Positions 58,772 to 64,000 of a stretch of DNA of 64,000 nt are shown in pieces (the stretch's first letter is position 1; each line of letters opens with the position of its first letter). A program made the position numbers and the translations under genes. Origin of the DNA: Opitutales bacterium (GTDB taxonomy: Bacteria; Verrucomicrobiota; Verrucomicrobiia; Opitutales; JABSRG01); assembly GCA_051117635.1 (NCBI GenBank), contig JBNPEH010000004.1:229562-293561 (forward strand). The letters run 5' to 3'. The notes below the pieces were generated by a model. The model was not told the origin of the DNA, ran no database searches, and worked only from the letters and a program-made list of their open reading frames with translations.

Positions 58772-61459
58772 TTAGCGGGCGAGTGCGGGGAAGGGCTTGT
58801 CGGGATCGATCGCCCAGCGGTCGCGCGCTTCGGCGAGCTGCTTTTTGTCGATCGACCCATCATCGAAGAGGGCCTTCAGCGTTGCGTAGGCGATGTGCTC
58901 GGGACTGATTTCAAAAAAGGTGCGGAGCGTCTCCCGGGTATCGCTGCGTCCAAAGCCGTCCGTGCCGAGCGTCACATAACGGCCCGGCATCCAGGGGGCG
59001 ATCTGGTCGGGTACCAGGCGGACGTAATCCGTGGCCGCCACAACGGGCCCGGTCTCGCCGTCCATCAGGGTTTCGAGGTAAGAGCGACGCGGTTTGGCTT
59101 CAGGATGGAGCCGGTTCCAACGCTCGGCCTCCAGGCAGTCGACCCGCAAACTCTTGTAGCTGGGCGCCGACCAGGCATCGACCGAGAGTTTATAGTCGGA
59201 TTCCAGCAGATCACGCGCTTTGAGGACGTTCGGCATGATGCTGCCGCTGCCGAAAAGGTGTGCCCGCTTGCGACCGCCCTGCCGGTTGCCTCCTGAGAAC
59301 CGGTAGAGCCCTTTCAGGATGCCGTCGCGCACGCCTTCCGGCATTTCGGGCATCGGGTAGGCCTCATTGTAGGCGGTGATGTAGTAGAAGATGTCTTCGT
59401 GATCCCCGTACATGCGCTCGAGGCCGTTCTGGATGATGACTGCCATCTCGTAGGCGAAGGCCGGATCAAAAGCCAACAGGTTCGGCACCGCACTCGCCAT
59501 CAGGTGGCTTTGGCCGTCCTGATGCTGGAGGCCCTCGCCATTCAGCGTCGTGCGGCCCGCCGTCGCCCCGATGAGGAAGCCGCGTGCACGGGCGTCACCG
59601 GCGGCCCAGGCCAGATCGCCCACGCGCTGAAATCCGAACATCGAATAAAAAAGGAAAAAAGGAATGAACGAGCGCCCGAGGGTGGCATGCGCCGTCCCCG
59701 CCGCGATAAAGGATGACAGGGAACCGGCTTCCGTGATGCCCTCTTCCAGGATCTGACCCGTTTCCGACTCGCGGTAGTAGAGTAGGTGACCGCTGTCTAC
59801 CGGGTCGTAACGCTGGCCGGTGCTTGCGTAGATGCCGACCTGCCGGAACAGAGCGTCCATTCCAAAGGTGCGGGCTTCGTCCGGAATGATTGGAACGATG
59901 CGTGCGCCGATTTCCCGGTTTTTCAGCAGCTCGGAAAGGATGCGAACCAGGACCGATGTCGTGGATGCGGGCTTGTCCGATCCCCGGTAAAAGGTTTCGA
60001 AATACTGAAAGCCCGGCAGCTCGAGCGCCTCCTGGACCGGTTCACGCCTTGGCAGGTATCCGCCCAGGGCGGTTCGTTTCTCCTGCAGGTAGCGGGCTTC
60101 GGCGCTGTCGTCGGGTGGACGGTAGAAAGGCTTTTCCGCCACGGCATCCTCGTCGATCGGGATTTCCAGCCGCTCGCGAAACCGCCGAAGCTCTTTCTCG
60201 TTCAGCTTCTTCTGCTGATGCGTGACGTTGCTGGCCTGAATCGTTTCACCCAGGCCGTAGCCTTTGATGGTCTTGGCCAGGATGACGGTGGGCCTGTCCT
60301 CTGATTCGGTCGCCGCCCGGAAGGCGGCGTAAATTTTCTGCCGGTCGTGGCCTCCGCGCTGCAGCGTAAGGAGGTCGTCGTCCGTCAGGTCGTCGACCAG
60401 GGCACGGAGTTCGGGCGAGGTGCCGAAAAAATGGTCCCGCATGTAGCTGCCCGGCATGGTGGCGTATTTCTGGAAATCCCCGTCGACCGCAGTCTCCATA
60501 CGCCGTCTGAGTTCGCCAGAGCTGTCCTTGGCCAGCAGGGCATCCCATCCGCTGCCCCAGATGACCTTGATGACGTGCCACCCGGCTCCGCGAAAACGCC
60601 GCTCCAGCTCCTGGATGATCCTGTGATTGCCGCGGACCGGGCCGTCGAGCCGCTGCAGGTTGCAGTCGATGACCCAGATCAGGCGGTTGAGCTGCTCCCT
60701 GGACGCGATTCCGATGGAACCCAGCGTCTCGGGTTCGTCAGTCTCGCCGTCGCCGACAAAGGCCCAGATGCGGGGCTCCTTTTCCAGCAGCCCGCGCTTG
60801 TTCAGATAGCGATGGAGATGGGCCTGATAGACCGACAGGACCGGACCGAGGCCCATGGAGACGGTCGGAAACTGCCAGAAATCCGGCATCAGGTAAGGGT
60901 GGGGGTAGGAGGACAGACCGCCGCCTTCGGCCAGTTCCTGACGGAAATGGTGCAGGAGCCGCGCATCCATCCTGCCCTCGAGGTAGGCCCGCGCGTAATT
61001 GCCCGGCGATGCATGGCCCTGAAAATAGACGCAATCCGGTGGACGATCCTCACCGCCGCCATGGAAAAAGTGGTTGAGCCCCACTTCGTAAAGGGTGGCA
61101 CTGGAGGCGAAGGTGGAGATATGGCCGCCGATGCCGGGCTTGGCCTGGTTGGCTTTCACGACCATCGCCATGGCATTCCATCGGACAAGCGCTTCTATGC
61201 GCTGCTCAAGTGCGATGTCGCCCGGGTAAACGGGCTCATCCTCGGCCGGAATCGTGTTCTGATAGGGCGTGGCCACCACGTCGGGGATGTCCAGCCCACG
61301 GTCCTGCAGGCCATCCCGCAGCCGCAGCAAGAAGGTTTCCACTGCTTCCGGTGGAACGGTCTCCAGCAGGTCCTTGAGGGCCGACTCCATTAGAGCCATC
61401 CAGGTGTTGTCGGGGGTGTGAGCGTGTGGGTCTTCTGACATGGCGGCGGCTCGCGACAT
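58772..61459 (-). CDS. aceE: pyruvate dehydrogenase E1 component, homodimeric type
   Basis: About 890 aa with a GDGETDEPE ThDP-binding block and the aceE-aceF-lpd gene order. An alternative start lies at 61441. Confidence 0.95.
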   Translation of the reverse strand: MSRAAAMSEDPHAHTPDNTWMALMESALKDLLETVPPEAVETFLLRLRDGLQDRGLDIPDVVATPYQNTIPAEDEPVYPGDIALEQRIEALVRWNAMAMVVKANQAKPGIGGHISTFASSATLYEVGLNHFFHGGGEDRPPDCVYFQGHASPGNYARAYLEGRMDARLLHHFRQELAEGGGLSSYPHPYLMPDFWQFPTVSMGLGPVLSVYQAHLHRYLNKRGLLEKEPRIWAFVGDGETDEPETLGSIGIASREQLNRLIWVIDCNLQRLDGPVRGNHRIIQELERRFRGAGWHVIKVIWGSGWDALLAKDSSGELRRRMETAVDGDFQKYATMPGSYMRDHFFGTSPELRALVDDLTDDDLLTLQRGGHDRQKIYAAFRAATESEDRPTVILAKTIKGYGLGETIQASNVTHQQKKLNEKELRRFRERLEIPIDEDAVAEKPFYRPPDDSAEARYLQEKRTALGGYLPRREPVQEALELPGFQYFETFYRGSDKPASTTSVLVRILSELLKNREIGARIVPIIPDEARTFGMDALFRQVGIYASTGQRYDPVDSGHLLYYRESETGQILEEGITEAGSLSSFIAAGTAHATLGRSFIPFFLFYSMFGFQRVGDLAWAAGDARARGFLIGATAGRTTLNGEGLQHQDGQSHLMASAVPNLLAFDPAFAYEMAVIIQNGLERMYGDHEDIFYYITAYNEAYPMPEMPEGVRDGILKGLYRFSGGNRQGGRKRAHLFGSGSIMPNVLKARDLLESDYKLSVDAWSAPSYKSLRVDCLEAERWNRLHPEAKPRRSYLETLMDGETGPVVAATDYVRLVPDQIAPWMPGRYVTLGTDGFGRSDTRETLRTFFEISPEHIAYATLKALFDDGSIDKKQLAEARDRWAIDPDKPFPALAR

Positions 61460-62071
61460 CTGGATACATGCCGCGGAGCGATGGCTTTGGGCCGGGGACG
61501 TTGCTTCAGAGACGCTCTGGCGCGGACGATGGCTCCGACGGCAGGCGATTCACTTCAGGCTGAATAGATTCGGTCGTCCGCCTGCGGGGAGCGGAGACAC
61601 CTTTCTTTCTGACCGGCGGTGCCCTTCAAATATCGGGGCGCATCCAGATTTTGCGGCCTGTCGTTCATCTTGGTATCTTCTTCGAAAAGCAACGCCTTGT
61701 CGAGGGTGCAGTCCCAGATCGCCATTCCGGAGCCGGCAACCGGGCTCGCGTTCGCCCTCCTGAGGCCAGCAGGGGATCGCCGGCGCTAGGATGTACGGCC
61801 CCCGGGCGCGGGCGGTACCTTCAGCTCATCGCATCGGCGTTTCAGCCGTCATTGGGATGAACGAGCATCCTTACACAAAAAGTCGGCCCAAATGGATGAA
61901 TTGTGTCGCCATTCCGACCTGCCTCAGGTTGTATGGAGATTCATTCACGGCTTTGTGGTATCGAATTCTGGAGTGTTGCCTGATGAATCCTGAGATTCAT
62001 TGGCAATCTGAGACCCGATTCGCGGGAACAGTCTCAAAAAAGTTACGACACGTGAACCACTCCTAAAGATT

Positions 62072-62359
62072 ATGAAAATGTATGTTGGCAACCTGTCGTT
62101 TGATACGACGAAGCAAGACTTGGAATCCATGTTTTCCGAACACGGAGCTGTCACGGACGTGCACCTCCCCGAAGACCGTGAAACCGGTCGCCCGCGGGGT
62201 TTCGCCTTCGTCACGATGGACAGCAAGGATGCGATGGTGAAGGCAATCGCAGCCTTCGATGGCACCGAAGTCGACGGTCGCACCCTGAAGGTGAATGAAG
62301 CCCGGCCCCGCGAAGAACGCGGCGGCGGTAGTGGCGGCGGTCGCGGCCGCCGCTTCTGA
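62072..62359 (+). CDS. RRM-type RNA-binding protein with a Gly/Arg tail
   Basis: RNP-2 MYVGNLS, RNP-1 RGFAFVTM, and a C-terminal [13 protein letters not shown]. Confidence 0.9.
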   Translation: MKMYVGNLSFDTTKQDLESMFSEHGAVTDVHLPEDRETGRPRGFAFVTMDSKDAMVKAIAAFDGTEVDGRTLKVNEARPREERGGGSGGGRGRRF

Positions 62360-62384
62360 GGTCCCCCCCGTTAACCTTTGCTTC

Positions 62385-62420
62385 AAGCAGCCCTCCGATT
62401 CCGGACGGCTGCTTTTTTTT
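62385..62420 (+). terminator. rho-independent terminator of the RRM gene
   Basis: AAGCAGCCCTCCG-ATTC-CGGACGGCTGCTT forms a 13-bp stem with one mismatch, followed by T8. Confidence 0.85.
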
Positions 62421-62588
62421 GGGGGGGAGGCACCAAAACCAGCCTGAAAATTTCGGGTGCTCTTTTCAGGCTGCCGTAAAGCAATCGAACAGAAGGCGGT
62501 ACCGCGGTGCCAGGCCAACCGTTGAGGAGGCGGGCGTTCGCGACTCGAAGAGGGTGTTAAAAATACCTGACTAATGACCACGGATGGG

Positions 62589-64000
62589 TTAGCCGTGGTT
62601 GTTTTTTCGTCGCGCACGGCGGACCCCGATGGCGAGGGCACCGAGCAGGCCCGCGGCGAGGCCGAACCAGCGCGGTTCGGGCACGGCCGTGAAGCGGATG
62701 CTGTTTTCGTGAAACGACAGGAAGCTTCCGGAAAAGGCACCATCCGAAAGGATTTCGCCGATGGCCAGGTTGCCGGTGTAGGCCACTTCCGCGTCCAGGG
62801 TAACGATGGTGTATTCACCCGGCTGGAGACCGCCCGTGTCGAGAAAGTCGACTTCATTCATATTGAACGAGACGGTGCCCCCATCGCCGACCAGTTCGAG
62901 GGTATCGCTGTTGCCGGGAGCCCCCAGCTCGAACGCGAAGGAGGATCCCGGCTCGAAGACGGTGGTGCCGTTGTCCGGTGGATCGATGGTGAGGGTGCCG
63001 ATGCTGTTGCCGGGCGCGACCGTCCCGCCGTCTTCGACCGTGATGAGCTCGTTCGGACCGGGAGCGATCCGTCCCTCGCCGGCCAGTGTCGCACCGTCCG
63101 CGATGGTTACGGAACCGGTCCCGGTGGCGCTGCCCGAGCCGGGGTTGCTGGCCACGAGTGTGCCGCTCTCCACGGTGGTGGTTCCGCTATAGCTGTTGGC
63201 TGTGGTCAATGACAATGTACCCGCACCGGTCTTGTCCAGGCTGCCCGGCCCGTTGAGGGATCCGGTCATCGTGAGGTCCTGATTCGTCTCGAAGGTGCCG
63301 CTGCCAGCATCGAGCGTTACCGACCGGCCGGTGGTGAAAGCAGATGTGTTGCGGAGCACACCCCCGTTGAGCGATAGGCCCGCACTGGCGTCGCCGAGGC
63401 TGTCGTCGCTGGCAACGCTCAGCGTCCCGGAGGCGATCTCCCAGGGCGTGTCGGCGCTCGTCGTGTTTTCGAGGGTCCAGGTGCTGGTGCCGGTTTTCCG
63501 GTAGTGGGAAAAGCCCCGGTAGCTTTTTGAAGGCCCCACCTGTGTTACATCGAAGGTGGCGTCGGTCGTGCCGCCCAAAGCCAGCGTATCGCCGCTGCCG
63601 TCCGCCACGACGTTCCCTGTGAAACCGTAGCCGGCCCGCAGTTCGAGGCGGTTGTCGCCGCCGGTGAACTCCACAGCGGGGCTGCGCGTCGAACCGTCGG
63701 CCGACAACCCGCCACGGATCGTTCCACGGTTGATGACGGTGACATCACTGCCGCTCACCCCGCGGCCGATGGCACCGTCGGCCCCGTCCGAGCCCGTGGA
63801 TTGATCGACCCCCAGTTGCCGATCGCCCCCCGCACCGGCATCGCCCCCTTCGATCGTACCTGAATTGATGACGGTGACGGCCGTACCCGAGACACCGGCC
63901 CCGCCGTCGCCCCCGTCGCCACCATCACCATTGGGATTACTGGGTCCCAGACCGCCCTGGCCGCCGGTGCCTCCGTCGCCGGCATCGCCACCCCGGATGG
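62589..64000 (-). CDS. autotransporter-associated beta-strand repeat protein with PEP-CTERM anchor (5' end outside the window)
   Basis: The C-terminus is FTAVPEPRWFGLAAGLLGALAIGVRRARRKNNHG. A PATR-type unit DKTGAGTLSLTTANSYSGTTTVESGTLVA is present. Hand translation shows the frame stays open upstream of the track's GTG at 63758 (…VTVINSGTIEGG…GGDGGDGG…) up to position 64000. Confidence 0.85.
   Translation of the reverse strand, partial: IRGGDAGDGGTGGQGGLGPSNPNGDGGDGGDGGAGVSGTAVTVINSGTIEGGDAGAGGDRQLGVDQSTGSDGADGAIGRGVSGSDVTVINRGTIRGGLSADGSTRSPAVEFTGGDNRLELRAGYGFTGNVVADGSGDTLALGGTTDATFDVTQVGPSKSYRGFSHYRKTGTSTWTLENTTSADTPWEIASGTLSVASDDSLGDASAGLSLNGGVLRNTSAFTTGRSVTLDAGSGTFETNQDLTMTGSLNGPGSLDKTGAGTLSLTTANSYSGTTTVESGTLVASNPGSGSATGTGSVTIADGATLAGEGRIAPGPNELITVEDGGTVAPGNSIGTLTIDPPDNGTTVFEPGSSFAFELGAPGNSDTLELVGDGGTVSFNMNEVDFLDTGGLQPGEYTIVTLDAEVAYTGNLAIGEILSDGAFSGSFLSFHENSIRFTAVPEPRWFGLAAGLLGALAIGVRRARRKNNHG

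Overview
High-GC (about 60-65%), gene-dense bacterial chromosome segment. Two PEP-CTERM sorting signals, an autotransporter-associated beta-strand repeat protein, sulfatase/FGE/fucosidase genes and many weak-SD genes suggest Verrucomicrobiota (Opitutales/Puniceicoccales-like). That lineage call is inference only. Most of the window is core metabolism. It holds the aceE-aceF-lpd pyruvate dehydrogenase genes plus aconitase, ppc, iolC plus mmsA/iolA, an FMN-type glutamate-synthase-like protein, a SulP-STAS-cNMP anion transporter and an SbtA-family permease. The most unusual block is a roughly 14 kb nitrate-assimilation locus (32.0-48.1 kb). Its order is LysR, a signal-less NrtA-like sensor, nrtA, an nrtB carrying a roughly 230-aa coiled-coil insertion, two ATPases, nirA, a fused 4Fe-4S/DmsC-like membrane subunit translationally coupled to a signal-less molybdopterin nitrate-reductase-like subunit, a CysJ-like diflavin reductase, and a porin. 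That redox architecture is not one of the textbook assimilatory types and is my best candidate for something undescribed. The intergenic space carries at least two MITE-like repeat families and a REP-like hairpin unit. A 165-bp AT-rich imperfect palindrome sits next to a VapC remnant. Several genes are decayed: two BNR-propeller paralogs, a sulfatase and the VapC remnant. I found no rRNA, tRNA, CRISPR array, integrase or transposase gene. All functional calls come from motifs read by eye in the supplied translations; no database search was possible.
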